Below, in pieces: positions 1-13,003 of a DNA stretch of 64,000 bases. The notes under the pieces were generated by a model that saw only the letters and a list, made by a program, of their open reading frames with translations, was not told where the DNA came from and ran no database searches. The first letter of the stretch is position 1, and each line of letters starts with the position of its first letter. The position numbers were made by a program, and so were the translations under genes. Source of the stretch: Eledone cirrhosa (lineage: Eukaryota); assembly GCA_964016885.1 (NCBI GenBank), contig OZ024751.1, forward strand, positions 40,114,001 to 40,178,000, written 5' to 3'.

Positions 1-490
1 ATATGTTTGTTATGACAGTAGTAAAATATATAGAAAATATATTATTATGTCAATATGTTTGTTATGACAGTAGTAAAATATATAGAAAATATATTATTAT
101 GTCAATATGTTTGTTATTACAGTAGTAAAATATATAGAAAATATATTATTATGTCAATATGTTTGTTATGTGATAAAAGACAGCGGTTATCAAATATAGA
201 GAAAATATATTATTATGTCAACATGTTATTACAATAGTAAAATATATAGAAAATATATCATTATATAGTGTATATGTTTGTTATTACAGTAGTGAAATAT
301 ATAGAAAATATATTATTATATAGTCAATATGTTTGTTATTACAATAGTGAAATATATAGAAAATATATTATTATATAGTCAATATGTTTGTTATTACAAT
401 AGTGAAATATATAGAAAATATATTATTATATAGTCAATATGTTTGTTATGTCAGAAAAGACAGCAGTTATCAAATATATAGAAAATATAT
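1..490. repeat. AT-rich minisatellite, unit about 50 bp
   Basis: Repeats of AATATATAGAAAATATATTATTAT..GTCAATATGTTTGTTAT. Confidence 0.9.
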
Positions 491-974
491 CACAACAAAT
501 ATATATAAAAAAGAAGGTAGGAACTATTTACTAATGTTTTAATCTGACATGCAAGGTAGACTAAATGGTGAACAGTTGACTGAGTGTTGTTTAATGAGAA
601 ATAAAAATATTATCTAAGTAAAAACTACTACTTATGATGTAAGAGGTGAGGTAACAGCTATTTCAGGTGTGGTAACGAGGGTGATGGTGAGATAACAGGT
701 GTCACAGCTAAGATTTTATATAGCTGAGGTACTAGATACTACACAGCTGTGATACATTAGATAATATGTGACACAGGTGTGACAAGCTGGGATTACAGGT
801 ATCATAGCTTGGATAAAGTGTCACAATTGGATATCACAGGTGTGACAGAAGAGTAAGGTGTCGCATTTGGATATCACAGGTGTGACGTCAGGTGTAACAG
901 GGGAGATAAGATGTCATATTTCAATGTGACAGTTCCTACAGCTGAGATGAGAGTTAGTTAAAAATTAAACTCTG

Positions 975-1257
975 TTCCAAGGCTGGAGGATCATCAGGCC
1001 AGAGCTTAACCTGGTTTCATTAGTGTTAAGTGACCAGAAGTACAAGACATCCCTCCTGGACAGGATGCCAGTCCATCACAGGGTTAACTCCCAGCCACTG
1101 CTGGTACTCACTTTCAGCTGAGCTGACTGGATTAACATGAAATGAAGTGTCTTGCTCAAGAACTCAGCATGCCACTCACGCCAGCCAGTCAAGGAATGGA
1201 GCCCACAACATTATGATCATAAGTCCAACACCCTAAACACTATGCCACACACCTTCA
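975..1257 (-). mobile_element. Older tRNA-headed SINE (family C); related copy at about 15320-15570
   Basis: The minus-strand head GGTGTGTGGCATAGTGTTTAGGGTGTTGGAC and the body CTTGAGCAAGACACTTCATTTCA are shared between copies. Confidence 0.6.
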
Positions 1258-2294
1258 TGAGATAAGAGTTACCACACTTGAAATAACAAGTGCCCCCATC
1301 AGGCATAACAGGTATCTACACTTAACGACATAACAGGTACTATACCTGAGATGAAAGGTTCTACACCTGAGATAAAAGGTGTCACACCTGAGGTAAGAAG
1401 TGCTGAACCTGAAATAATATGTCATTTGGTAGAAGAAGTCGTCAACTTGGTAATTAAAGAGTTAAAAAGTAATTAATGTCACATCAGAGAGTGATAGTTT
1501 TAAACTACAACTGTTGTCTGGCCTCAAATTAATCAACGTTGAATATATATCAATAATCACAGATATTCTAACTCTGACTAAACTGTCTGCTTAATGAAGG
1601 AAGGATAGTCAGTACCTTTAATCATTCCTAAGGCCTCTAAGCCAGGTGAGAAACAGTAAGGGTTTCTCAATCCTGAGATCTTATCCAAATACTTACAACA
1701 AGGTGGATTTCACTAAAGGCACCCAAGGACCAGGTGGAGGTGTTCAACCAGGTGACTGACAACGTATACCACCCAATGGCTACATGGTGGTGTTAAGTTT
1801 ACCACCCAAATAAGCCCCAATGGGATTAGAACTCAAAACAGAGTGTGCCAGAATGAACAACACAAGGCATTTTGGTTGAAACTTACAATTCCTCCTTATT
1901 ACCACCCTTGAATTGTACTATATTTTACAACACCATTCTAAACCTTATTTTATCCATCTTGGAAAACTGAAAGTTTGTCTTGGTGGGATTTGAAATAAGA
2001 GATCCAGAACAAATACCACAAGGCAGTTCCTCTTATTCTCGGACTACACTAACCAATGTGTCATTATAGTAGGGTGTGACATAAGGGAGATATGGCTGCT
2101 ATTTCCAGCAAGTCGAGGCAACTGTATTGAACCACCCTCCCCTCCATTGTCTCTTGTAATTAGAGTTTATTATTGAAGCAGCTTCTTCAGGTGCCGGTTA
2201 TGATTTAGTGCTTTAAACAATATTAATGAATGATTAATTAAGATATTCTAATTAAAGGTAATTTTAAATTTGAACAGAATTTCACAGAACTTAC

Positions 2295-2321
2295 AAAAAA
2301 TTGATTCCTGAGTTTGGTTTT
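2295..2321 (-). CDS. DENND6: Candidate 27-nt symmetric (phase 1-1) DENND6 microexon, E-NQTQESIF
   Basis: Acceptor TTGTTTTTCTATCCTCTAG and consensus donor GTAAGT. It is open and in frame after exon 13. No homology support. Confidence 0.5.
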
Positions 2322-3164
2322 CTAGAGGATAGAAAAACAATTCATAGCTCATTACAGTGTACTAAATTAATTAAATAATTAGCCATAGCTCATTAGGGTG
2401 TAATTAGTTAATTAGTCATAGATCATTCTTGTGTACTATGTTAATTGTCTAAAACCATCTTTTAGGGAACAGTCGAAGGAGGGCAAAGAAGAGAAAGACA
2501 TGGAAAATCTTGGTCCAACAATATCAAAGACTGGACTGGTCACAACACAGAGACCCTTCTACAAATGTTGGAGAATAGAGACCAGTAGTGACATCTAGAA
2601 TGGCACCCCAATTTCTAGCTGCAACAGTGGCACATCTAGAGTGGCACTCCAACAACTGGCTGCACCAGTGGCACCCCAATTACTGGCTGCATCAGTGGCA
2701 CATCTAGGGTGGCACCCCAACGACCAGCTGCACCAGTTGCAGGAATATGGTATACATGACATTATGTCAACTAGTCATAACTCATTAGTTTATGTACTTA
2801 ATTAAACAATTATTCATAGCACAATATGGTGTAATTAGCTAATTAAACATTCGTTACAGTTCATTATTGTGTACTGAGTTAATTAAATAATTAGTTGTAG
2901 CTCATTACTGTATACTAAATTAATTAAACATTAGTTGTTATAATTTTGGCCACATGTATTTATGATCATATATATATATTTTTTCAAACAATACCTAAGG
3001 TATCCTTCTTGAGGTAGTAACAACTTTGCTGAATATGCTAGAAATAGAAGCTGTCTCATAGCTGCTCCCTCCACACACACACACACACACACACATTTCG
3101 TTGTTAGCTCAAGTCAAAAGTCGATGGATGGGTAGGTGGGGGTAAAATGAAATATAATACATAC

Positions 3165-3259
3165 CTGTAGCACACATCTCGCCAATTCTGATGATATGGG
3201 GCCAATGTTGAAGAGTTTTGGCAAAAAAAGGGTTTGTTACTCCTAATATTACAGGAGGT
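3165..3259 (-). CDS. DENND6: DENND6 coding exon 13 ([31 protein letters not shown]); the gene continues beyond the window
   Basis: CATAG acceptor and GTATG donor, 95 nt. Near-invariant [24 protein letters not shown]. Confidence 0.97.
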
Positions 3260-3429
3260 CTATGGAAGAAATAACAAAAATCAAAATATTGCAAATGATA
3301 TTTTGAAAAAATTAAATTTCAATGTGTGTGTGTGTGAGTGTGTGTATGTGTGTGTGTGTGAGTGTGTGTATGTGTGTGTGTTTAAGTAATGCAAAAATAA
3401 TGCCAACAACAACAACAAGAACAACTTAC

Positions 3430-3525
3430 GGAGCCTGCGTTCGTGTTGTGTATTCTTTAAATTCGCTGTCATGAATTGTGAAATATGGTCGGTAGTCTAA
3501 ACAGTAACGTAAAGGAGATATCAAA
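3430..3525 (-). CDS. DENND6: DENND6 coding exon 12 ([32 protein letters not shown])
   Basis: TTCTAG acceptor and GTAAG donor, 96 nt. Near-invariant [21 protein letters not shown]. Confidence 0.97.
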
Positions 3526-3896
3526 CTAGAAAAAGACAGAATCATCTTGACAGTTGTTATGGTAAACTGGACATTTCATTGCATAATAATATAATAACAA
3601 CAATAAATATAATTGTTTCTACTTTTGACACAAGGCCAGCAATTACCCAGTACATTACTGGTACTTTATTTTATCGACCCGATAAGGATGAAAGGCAAAG
3701 TTTAATGGTTTTTGATTAAGGCACAAGGCCAACAATTTTGGGGGAAGGAAAAGTTGATTAGATCAACCCCACTGCATTACTGGTACTTCATTTTATCGAC
3801 CGTGTAAGGATGAAAGGTAAAATTAACCTTAGCAGTTACAAAAAATAAAACTATATTATCAGAAAAGAATTGCAGAGCAGAAGGGAGAGCACTCAC

Positions 3897-3958
3897 TTGA
3901 CTAATGCTTGTACTGTGTTGGATGTGACAGTTGGGGAAGCTGCCATTACGGCTATAGG
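3897..3958 (-). CDS. DENND6: DENND6 coding exon 11 (PIAVMAASPTVTSNTVQALV-N)
   Basis: CCACAG acceptor and GTGAG donor, 62 nt. Corresponds to [21 protein letters not shown]. Confidence 0.93.
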
Positions 3959-4276
3959 CTGTGGAACAACAAAAACAAGATATATTATTTCACTTTTAAC
4001 ATCCTGTCATGATTCAGCAGAAAATATTTAAAATTGGGTTGAATGAAAAAGCAATGTCGTCTCTGATCGAGACGAAGTGAGAGTGTATTTGAATAGATAT
4101 AGAACAGCTGCTAAAACAGCTAAATGCTGTCAAAGGCAGTGATGGGCAAAAATACCTCAGAGACCAGTGGCCAGTGGTCAACAAAGAGAGACAATCCACA
4201 AGGTGGCAGATGAATATAGAAAAGATTGAAAGAGAAGGACAAATAAAATAAATAGGTAAAAATCTACCATACATAC

Positions 4277-4337
4277 CTCTCCTATAGTTACCAGCTCCCA
4301 TAACATTTGTACATGAGCTAAAATAGGTTGGAAAGCA
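4277..4337 (-). CDS. DENND6: DENND6 coding exon 10 (AFQPILAHVQMLWELVTIGE)
   Basis: TTACAG acceptor and GTATGT donor, 61 nt. Conserved QMLWELVxxGE. Confidence 0.95.
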
Positions 4338-5432
4338 CTGTAAAATACAACAAAGAAAACATTTTGAAACATTCTTTACACTGGAGTAAAATAAAGAAAC
4401 ACCATCTCAACCACATTAACCTTGTAACTCTTAACGTCCTGTACCGTATCAAACAGCATTAGCAAGACATTCTTGAAAGGTATAAAAGAGCACTGCGATT
4501 CCATCACATTAAACATTGAATTTATTTTTGTCAAATATTGCAATTTTTCTCAACAATCTGTCCACTAGTAAAGATGTTATAAACATCTGAATGAACAAAC
4601 TAATTTCTTTTAGATCATCATCACTTTCCTGACATTTGTACATTATTCTATATACTATACAAACACCTTTGATGAGTTGCAATGCACCTGAGCACTGTAC
4701 ACAATTTTCATTATTATTATCGTTTTTGTGCCTGCTTTTCCATGCTTGCGTGGGTTGGATGGATATTTTCAACTAAATCATTAGAGGATGTTAAGAGTTA
4801 ACAACTAATTTATTTTGATTTTGAATTTGTTTTGCATGATTCTTGATGTGAAATCATGTGTTGAAACTAATAATGCCGTATTTTGATAAGGTCATCATGC
4901 CAATGAAAAAAAAAACACTGATTGTATTTCATTTCAGTTTTATAATCAATTAGATAATTAGTTCATTAATAAATTTATTAATTAGTTAAAGTTCTTTTGT
5001 CACAGCCAGTGACTGCAAACAGAACTACTTAATCTTTTGAAAGCAGCCTGTCCAAAACTTGTGCTGATTCTATGAAACAAAACCATCCATTTTAAAGGAT
5101 TCCTATTTAAATTTTAAAATTCTAACATGATGTTATATAAGAACTATATATTTAGATGCTATCATAGTAATGAGATAATTTCTGATGTTAGTAACAAAAT
5201 AATTTATAATTTTAGTAATTCTCTCAAAATTCTTCATTAATTAATTACAATTAAGTGTCATCATCATCATCGTTTAACGTCTATTTTCCACGCTAGAAAG
5301 GATTTTCTATTAAAAATATGGTCATAGAAGGGTTTAACAATACCCAGGCAGCTAAAGCTATGCCTGTAGGTTAGCACAGAATACAGAAATGAAACTTATA
5401 GGTTAAAATAAATGTAGACAATCATTACATAC

Positions 5433-5488
5433 CTAAAAATATCTGCTTCATGAAGTGTTGGTAAGATTGTATGTGCTGGTAGAGTTGG
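5433..5488 (-). CDS. DENND6: DENND6 coding exon 9 (PTLPAHTILPTLHEADIF-S)
   Basis: CACAG acceptor and GTATG donor, 56 nt. Corresponds to ILPTVHEVDIF. Confidence 0.9.
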
Positions 5489-5956
5489 CTGTGGCAAACA
5501 AAGAAGATTTATATGAAAGTTATCATGGATGTCTTTTACATTATAATAGTATAAATAAACATTCACTACAAATATATAGGAAAAATAATGGTTTCTGATT
5601 TAGGCACAAGGCAAACACTTTTGGAGGAGTGAAAAGTTGATTAAATCGACCCCCAGTGTGTTACATTGCATATCCAACGAAGCGTGGTTGCTTCATTTCT
5701 CTCAAGTCTACACATGCCCTCTGTACTCACAGCCCATGTTTCACTACCATGCAGCATCACACTTCACACGTAGGTGTCATACAGTTGTTCTTTTGTACGT
5801 AGAGAGGAGAAACCTTTTGTTGTCAACATATCCCGTATTGTTACTATAAAGTTATTTATATAATTGAAAAAAAGTGAAAGAACATTTCTTGTCACACACC
5901 AAAACAGAAAGCAAAGTGGAAAGATAGTCATCAAAGAAACCATAATAAAATCTCAC

Positions 5957-6022
5957 CATTAGAGGTACTCTCGGCTGGTTAATAATCCCTACAAGTTTAT
6001 CTGACCGACATGGCACTCTCAG
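5957..6022 (-). CDS. DENND6: DENND6 coding exon 8 (LRVPCRSDKLVGIINQPRVPLM)
   Basis: TTCCAG acceptor and GTGAG donor, 66 nt. Corresponds to VRIPTCHDKP. Confidence 0.88.
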
Positions 6023-6200
6023 CTGGAAATACACAAGTGGAATTGTATTATTAGTGAAGAGAAGATATGTCATACATTATTCTAGGAAAATATAATGTGA
6101 AAAAGCAATTGATTGACTGTAGTGTAATGTGAAGATAAGACTACATTTATATAGGGGTTTCCTTAAGTCCTAGCTTTGATAAGACATCAATATATATATA

Positions 6201-6453
6201 TAATTAGAAAGTGAACAACACAAAATATAACTACTCCATTACCAAAGGTTTCTGGATCACAGACAATAATAATATACGTCTGGATCGGTTGTCAGACAGA
6301 GATGTTATGGATAAAAAAATTTCATATTTTTTATCCATTTTTTTTATCCATAACATCTCTGAGAACTGATCCAGACGTATATTATCATTGTCTGGGATCC
6401 AGAAACCTTTGGTAATGGAGTAGTTATATTTTGTGTTGTTCACTTTCTAATTA
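6201..6453. repeat. Near-perfect palindrome of about 250 bp in DENND6 intron 7
   Basis: TAATTAGAAAGTGAACAACAC... pairs with ...GTGTTGTTCACTTTCTAATTA over about 115 bp. Confidence 0.92.
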
Positions 6454-6523
6454 AATAGCTCTGTTCTATACATAGAGCACTCTTTTTTCCTTTGGAATTA
6501 CCTAACACACACACACACATATA

Positions 6524-6556
<33 letters not shown>

Positions 6557-6756
6557 GGAATGTGATGGCAAGACTGTTTTATATAGGAGTCAGTTTCTGT
6601 TTTCCAGGAGTTTCTGTGGTCAGGCAACGACCAGATTCCAAGGTTACCAGACAAGATTCAGTCAGTATCAGAACAGAGATGCAAGACAATAAAATGATGG
6701 ATATTATTGTAGTTCTCGCTGTACAGTTGAAGATGACTTTTGAAGAATCCTCTTAC

Positions 6757-6836
6757 CTGTAAGATAGTTCCAAATATTGGTAGATTTAAAGTTTCACCAG
6801 GTGTCGGTGAGGGCCATTGGTCTATATCATGACAAG
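6757..6836 (-). CDS. DENND6: DENND6 coding exon 7 (ACHDIDQWPSPTPGETLNLPIFGTILQ)
   Basis: TTTCAG acceptor and GTAAG donor, 80 nt. Corresponds to [23 protein letters not shown]. Confidence 0.95.
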
Positions 6837-7450
6837 CTGAAAATAAGAAAAGAAAAAAAATGTCATTGGATATTTATATTATAAAAAATAAATCCTCATC
6901 TTTCCTCGTGTGCATGGGTTAGATGGGTTGCCTTGTATCTAAATCAGAATCATTATTGTGCCAAAGATAGAAGTTGATTTAGAAACCAACTCAGAAATAA
7001 TAAAAGAAAAAAAAACAATATAATAAAAACTGAAATAAAACAACAAAAACTTATCTTGCAAGTCGAGAACTATCGGTAAAACTATTTTAGAAAGAAATTT
7101 ACTGAAAGCTTTCGCGAAACAGAAATAAAAGAAAGATATTAAGTACTAGTGGAGAAAGTAGAAATACTTCGTTAAGTAGAATCTTTGATAGAGATTGATT
7201 AGAATTTTCCTAAAAATAAAAAATAAATGACAAAAGCCTCCCCTCCCCCACAAAAACAACAACAACAAAACAAATAAACAAACAAACAAACAAAACCCTA
7301 AATCTTTTTTTTAATTAAAGACTTTCTTTTTTTGACATCTTGATAAAAATCTCCCTGGTCAACTTTACTGCTACAGACAAGATTAATCCCCTATAATCAC
7401 TGCTCCAAATGGCTTTAAAGACCCCAGTCCCTACACACACACACACACAT

Positions 7451-7482
<32 letters not shown>

Positions 7483-7597
7483 TTATTGTCCATTTTTCCA
7501 TGTTTGCATGGGTCAGACGGGTTGTCCATGTCACGAGACAAGTCTGGCCATGATTGGCCAAGTTGTACCCATGCAAGTATGAAGAGGCAGATGTATA

Positions 7598-7830
7598 ATA
7601 ATGATGATGATGGTGGTGGTGGTGATGGTGGTGGTGATGTTGATGATGATGGTGGTGGTGATGGTGGTGGTGATGGTGATGATGGTGGTGGTGGTGATGG
7701 TGATGGTGATGATGGTGGTGGTGATGATGGTGGTGATGTTCGTGATGGTGATGATGGTGGTGATGATGATGGTGATGATGGTGGTGGTGATGACGATGAT
7801 GGTGGCAATGATGATGATGGTGATGATGAT
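7598..7830. repeat. (GAT/GGT)n trinucleotide tract
   Basis: Direct inspection. Confidence 0.95.
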
Positions 7831-7999
7831 TAAAATGAACATCAAATCAAATCAAGAAGTGAAAGAGAAAAAGAAAATGCAGATGAAGAAAGAATTTTTT
7901 ATACTAAATTCTTCCAAATTAAATTAAGAGATTCTTTAATTATCTTCAACAATAAAATCAACAATTGCAATTATTGGAAGTTAACGAGCAATTGTTTAC

Positions 8000-8105
8000 C
8001 TGCTTCCACGCTTGGTTCACCGTTATCAAAATATTCTGGAGCAATAATACGAACCAACTGGGAGAAAAGGTTAGGGAATGGAAGTTTCGAGATTAGCACC
8101 ACAGA
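8000..8105 (-). CDS. DENND6: DENND6 coding exon 6 (SVVLISKLPFPNLFSQLVRIIAPEYFDNGEPSVEA)
   Basis: TTCCAG acceptor and GTAAAC donor, 106 nt. Conserved SxVLISKLP and IAPEYF. Confidence 0.95.
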
Positions 8106-8159
8106 CTGGAAAATAGGAGAAATGGAAACAGAAATAAATTGGTTATCTCAAAAATATTA

Positions 8160-8316
8160 TATACAAATATATATATATAGAGAGAGACACATATATATAG
8201 ACACATACACACATATATAGATATATAGAGAGAGACACATATATATATAGACACATACACACATATATATATATATAGACACATACACACACATATATAT
8301 AGAGAGGGAGAGACAC

Positions 8317-8351
<35 letters not shown>

Positions 8352-8602
8352 CACATATATATAGACACATACACACATATATATATATATAGAGAGAGAG
8401 AGACACATATATATATATAGACACATACACACACATATATATAGAGAGAGAGACACATATATATATATATATAGACACATACACACATATATATAGAGAG
8501 AGAGACACATATATATATATATAGACACATACACACACATATATATATATATAGAGAGAGATGCATACACACACACATATATATATATATAGACACATAC
8601 AC

Positions 8603-8661
<59 letters not shown>

Positions 8662-8854
8662 CATATATATAGACATATACACACAAATATATATATAGAG
8701 AGAGAGTGAGACACATACACACACATATATAGAGAGACACATACACACAAATATATATATATATAGAGAGAGAGAGACGCATACACACACACATATATAT
8801 ATATAGAGAGAGAGGGAGACGCATACACACACACATATATATAGACACATACAC

Positions 8855-8885
<31 letters not shown>

Positions 8886-9075
8886 TATATAGATACACAC
8901 ACACACATAAATATACATACATACACATAAATATACACACATACACATATATACAGACACACACACACATATATATATATATATAAAAACAGACACACAC
9001 ACACATATATATATATATAAAAACAGACATACACACATCTATATACAGACACATACTATTGCACATATATAGACA
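8160..9075. repeat. Compound (TA)/(CA)/(GA) microsatellite just upstream of the exon 6 acceptor
   Basis: Direct inspection. Confidence 0.95.
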
Positions 9076-9453
9076 CAAAGATAGACAGGTACATACATAT
9101 AAGTAGGAGATGAAGCAACCAAGCTGAAACTTCGAAGTCACTGTCATTTTTCTACATAGAAAACAAAATTTACATCCTATTATATCTCTATGCAGCTCTT
9201 GTAGATGCTTATGAAATCAGTAATGAAACACGTGTTAGATTATTTAATCAACTAAATCTCTCTTTAAGATTCTCACTCCTTGCCTGTTTTTCCTAAATAC
9301 AATATTTTATATTAATTTATTCCATAAATTCTTGGAACCTTGTACCATACTCAAAGATTTAACATCTGGAAAATTATATTACATAACCATTAACCACAGA
9401 GAAAAAATTCTGGTAAGCTGTTATTTCACTATTGTTTACATAATCATTCCACA

Positions 9454-9495
9454 CAAATATGATTTTACCAACATAAAGTGAATACTCCCTTATCT

Positions 9496-9556
<61 letters not shown>

Positions 9557-9596
9557 ATAAGGGAGTATTCACTTTATGTTGGTAAAATCATATTTG
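9454..9596. repeat. 43-bp perfect inverted repeat enclosing a (TA)n tract
   Basis: 9454-9496 is the reverse complement of 9554-9596. Confidence 0.92.
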
Positions 9597-9600
9597 GGTA

Positions 9601-10211
9601 GAAAGACCCGCCTTGCCTAAGTACAAAGCGAAACCTACAGTCAGTAGGCACCTCTTAACAAAAAAAAATACACCCCCGTCCCACTACCCCCATCCCATCC
9701 ACACCACCCCTTTCGATGTAAAGTTATGTTGGTACCACAACAGCCAGTCCGAAATAAATGAGGTCGTGTAGGTGTCACGACAAAAAAACACACAGTCCAC
9801 GCTGTAATGTGGCCGCGTAGGTAACACGGTAAAAACCTCCCAGTCCACACTGTAAACATGGTTGGTGTTAGGAAGGGCATCCAGTCCACACTGTAAACAT
9901 GGTTGGTGTTAGGAAGGGCATCCAGTCCACACTGTAAACATGGTTGGTGTTAGGAAGGGCATCCAGTCCACACTGTAAACATGGTTGGTGTTAGGAAGGG
10001 CATCCAGTCCACACTGTAAACATGGTTGGTGTTAGGAAGGGCATCCAGTCCACACTGTAAACATGGTTGGTGTTAGGAAGGGCATCCAGTCCACACTGTA
10101 AACATGGTTGGTGTTAGGAAGGGCATCCAGCCGTAGAAATTATGCCAGAATCAGTTCCCGTCCCACCCTTGCAAGCAGGGAAAAGTGGACATAAAATGAC
10201 GATGATGATGA
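9601..10211 (+). mobile_element. RTE 3' UTR fragment containing 7 tandem copies of a 41-bp unit (9841-10127)
   Basis: Homologous to the 35160-35690 UTR. The unit is CAGTCCACACTGTAAACATGGTTGGTGTTAGGAAGGGCATC. Confidence 0.88.
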
Positions 10212-11008
10212 TATATTATGAACTGGTACACACACACACTATACTATACACACACACACACACTATACTATACTATATACACACACACTATAAACCCTTC
10301 TCTTACTCCTACCTTTATTCAAACACTGCTGCTAGTTTGAAATAAATATAACAGAGAACTAATATATGGTGGGGAGGATGGGGAGGGCAGAAAGGAATGG
10401 GAGGGGGAGGAGGAATAGGGAGATGGATAGGGGGAAGAGAATGGGAGAATGATGAGGATGAGGAAGATAGGGAGCTGGAGGGAGATGAGGAGGAGGAGGA
10501 CAGAGAGCTGAAGTGAAGAAGGAGGAGGAGGAGGAGAGTGATGGAGAAGAAGAGGTAGATGGGGGGGGTAGAAATCATTGATTGAACACCAAGAGGTAAT
10601 AATACAGAACATAAACACACACACACAAACACAAAAATAATAAAATATAAACCCAAATAAAATAGGGAGTTGTGTAGGATTCGAGGAGAAAACAAGGTTT
10701 TGGTGAGAAGGAGGGGTTTTATTGATTGAGGTAAAATAGGAAACACTTGAAGGTAATAGAGGAAACGGTTAAGGGCTGTTAAGGGAAGATAGCTTCCAGG
10801 TTTCAAGGAGTGAATAAATTTTCTAAAATTAAGCTACATAAATCAATTTGTTAATTAATAGAATTAGCATAATCACATTATATCAAGTATTAAACATTTA
10901 AGGAATTACGGAACAATTTTTTTCTTTTTCGTCAAAAAGATTCCTGTGTGCATTCATGTATATACCTATCCATGCACATGTGTGTATATATACACATATA
11001 TATATACA

Positions 11009-11046
<38 letters not shown>

Positions 11047-11056
11047 CATATATATA

Positions 11057-11640
11057 TCATCATCACCGTTTTACGTCTGTTCTTCCATGCTAGCATGGGT
11101 TAGAGGGGTTGTCCTGTTGTGGGCAGTGTCTGGTCGGCTGATCATGTCTTGCTCATACAGGAACTGATTTTGGCTTGATTTCTACAGCTGGATGCCCTTC
11201 CTAACACCAACCTCATTTACAGTGAGTGCTGGGTGCTTTTTTTCCGTGGCGCCTACACCTCCACTTTACAGTGTGGGCTGGGTGCTTTTTTGCCGTGGCA
11301 CCTCCACGACCACTTTGCAGTGGGGGGTGTGGGGGCATAGTGTCTATATGCTTCAGCTTGTACCCATGGGAGGTCGGGTACTCTGTATTACTGCGTGATG
11401 CCAGAGGTCACGGTCGTGTGTCATCGCCTTTGAGAGGTGTAATTGGTAAGGTCGGCTTTTATCACCTCATCCCAGGTCTTCTTGGGTCTCCCCACTCCGC
11501 GGTTTCCATTGACTTCTAGTGCTCTGCACCTTTTTATGCAGCTGTCATCCTTCACATGCATCACCTGTCCATACCAACGCAACCACCTCTCCTGCACACA
11601 GCAATTGATTCCTCTTATGCTCAGTCTCTCTCTAAATTCA
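11057..11640 (-). mobile_element. RTE LINE 3' fragment
   Basis: RWLRWYGQVM...GRPKKTWDEVI, followed by the RTE 3' UTR and (GAT)n. Confidence 0.85.
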
Positions 11641-12389
11641 TTATAATAAAAATTTGTAGTCAACAGACGAGAGAAAAGAGTACTCAATATTGAAGTAGGG
11701 TTTAAATATTCATTAATCATGGCTAAATAGTGTGTCTTGTCACTCTGGAGTTTAATCTGCACACCTACAGTGTCATAAGACAAGAACAGTTCTTGTCTGA
11801 TGACCATGTTGGCTGCATCTCAGTTTCAAGACTTGCCACCCCATGACCTTTTTCTCATACATGGGTGACACGAAAATGACCTTTTAGCAAGCCCAAGGAC
11901 TTAGATTCCTTGTTGCATATGCTGCAGTGAAAGAAAAAGTAAAGGCCATGCTCATGCAACACCTGAGAAAAGTTGTTTAGATCAAGTTATGCCTACACTG
12001 GATCAATCCCACTCTCTGAACAACACTGACAGATATCCCCTGGCTCTTATACTTCTGGAAAAGCCCCCCCCCCCCCCTAAGCCTCACAATAATAAAGAAT
12101 AAAGTTAGTTCTTTTACTAAATCCCTCCAAATTCTTGATTATTTTCAAAACTATTTGAAAATCATAGAATCATAGGCAGTGTTTTTGAGGTGTTAAGGAA
12201 AAGGTTGAAAATATAGGAAAAGATGACAGTAAATAAAGGAAACTTTAGATGAGATACACAAACAGACGATTACAATTGGCAATAGTCAAAGTGTAACAGA
12301 TCAACAAATATTGAGGGGATGTAGGGATGGGGGTGGGGGAGGTAGCTTCATTAACATTTACAATACAACAAAAATGTGTTTTGTTCATG

Positions 12390-12620
12390 GTAGAGGAGGT
12401 GGTGGTGGTAGTAGTGGTGGTAGTAGTGGTAGTAGTAGTATTGGTGGTAGTAGTGGTGGTGGTAGTAGTAGTATTAGTAGTAGTAGTAGTAGTGGTGGTA
12501 GTAGTATTAGTGGTAGTAGTAGTGGTAGTAGTAGTAGTATTAGTGGTAGTAGTAGTGGTGGTAGTAGTAGTAGTAATAGTAGTATTAGTGGTAGTGGCAG
12601 TAGTAGTAGTAGTGGTAGTG

Positions 12621-12657
<37 letters not shown>

Positions 12658-12812
12658 TAGTAGTAGTAGTGGTAGTAGTAGTAGTGGTAGTAGTAGTAGT
12701 AGTGGTAGTAGTAGTAGTAGTATTAGTGGTAGTGGTGGTGGCAGCAGCAGTAGTAGTAGTAGTAGTGGTAGTAGTAGTAGTGGTAACAACAACAATGGTA
12801 ACAATAGTAATA
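12390..12812. repeat. (AGT/GGT)n trinucleotide tract
   Basis: Direct inspection. Confidence 0.95.
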
Positions 12813-12956
12813 ACAGTGCCAGTTTGGGAGGAAAAGGTCGAAAAGTTAGTGAACACAGGGAATGAGAAAGAAGGAAAGAAAGAAGAGACAGCAGTGACAA
12901 TATATTGCTTATATTATAAAGTTTAAATTGATATAACATTCCTCTCTCTCTCTCTC

Positions 12957-13003
<47 letters not shown>

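Noticed and set aside
490-2290. Further DENND6 exons (the KTLDSKPG region)
   Set aside because: No matching translation with splice sites was found. The remaining exons presumably lie left of the window.
7479-9147. Long ORFs rich in P/S, G/D, V/M or Y/I/C/V
   Set aside because: These are translations of trinucleotide and dinucleotide microsatellites. The same applies to 12245-13477, 44025-44372 and 58088-58458.
9617-9652. Hammerhead-like GAAAC...GTC with GCCTA/TAGGC pairing in the RTE 3' UTR
   Set aside because: No CUGANGA box, and not preserved in the 35630-35670 copy.
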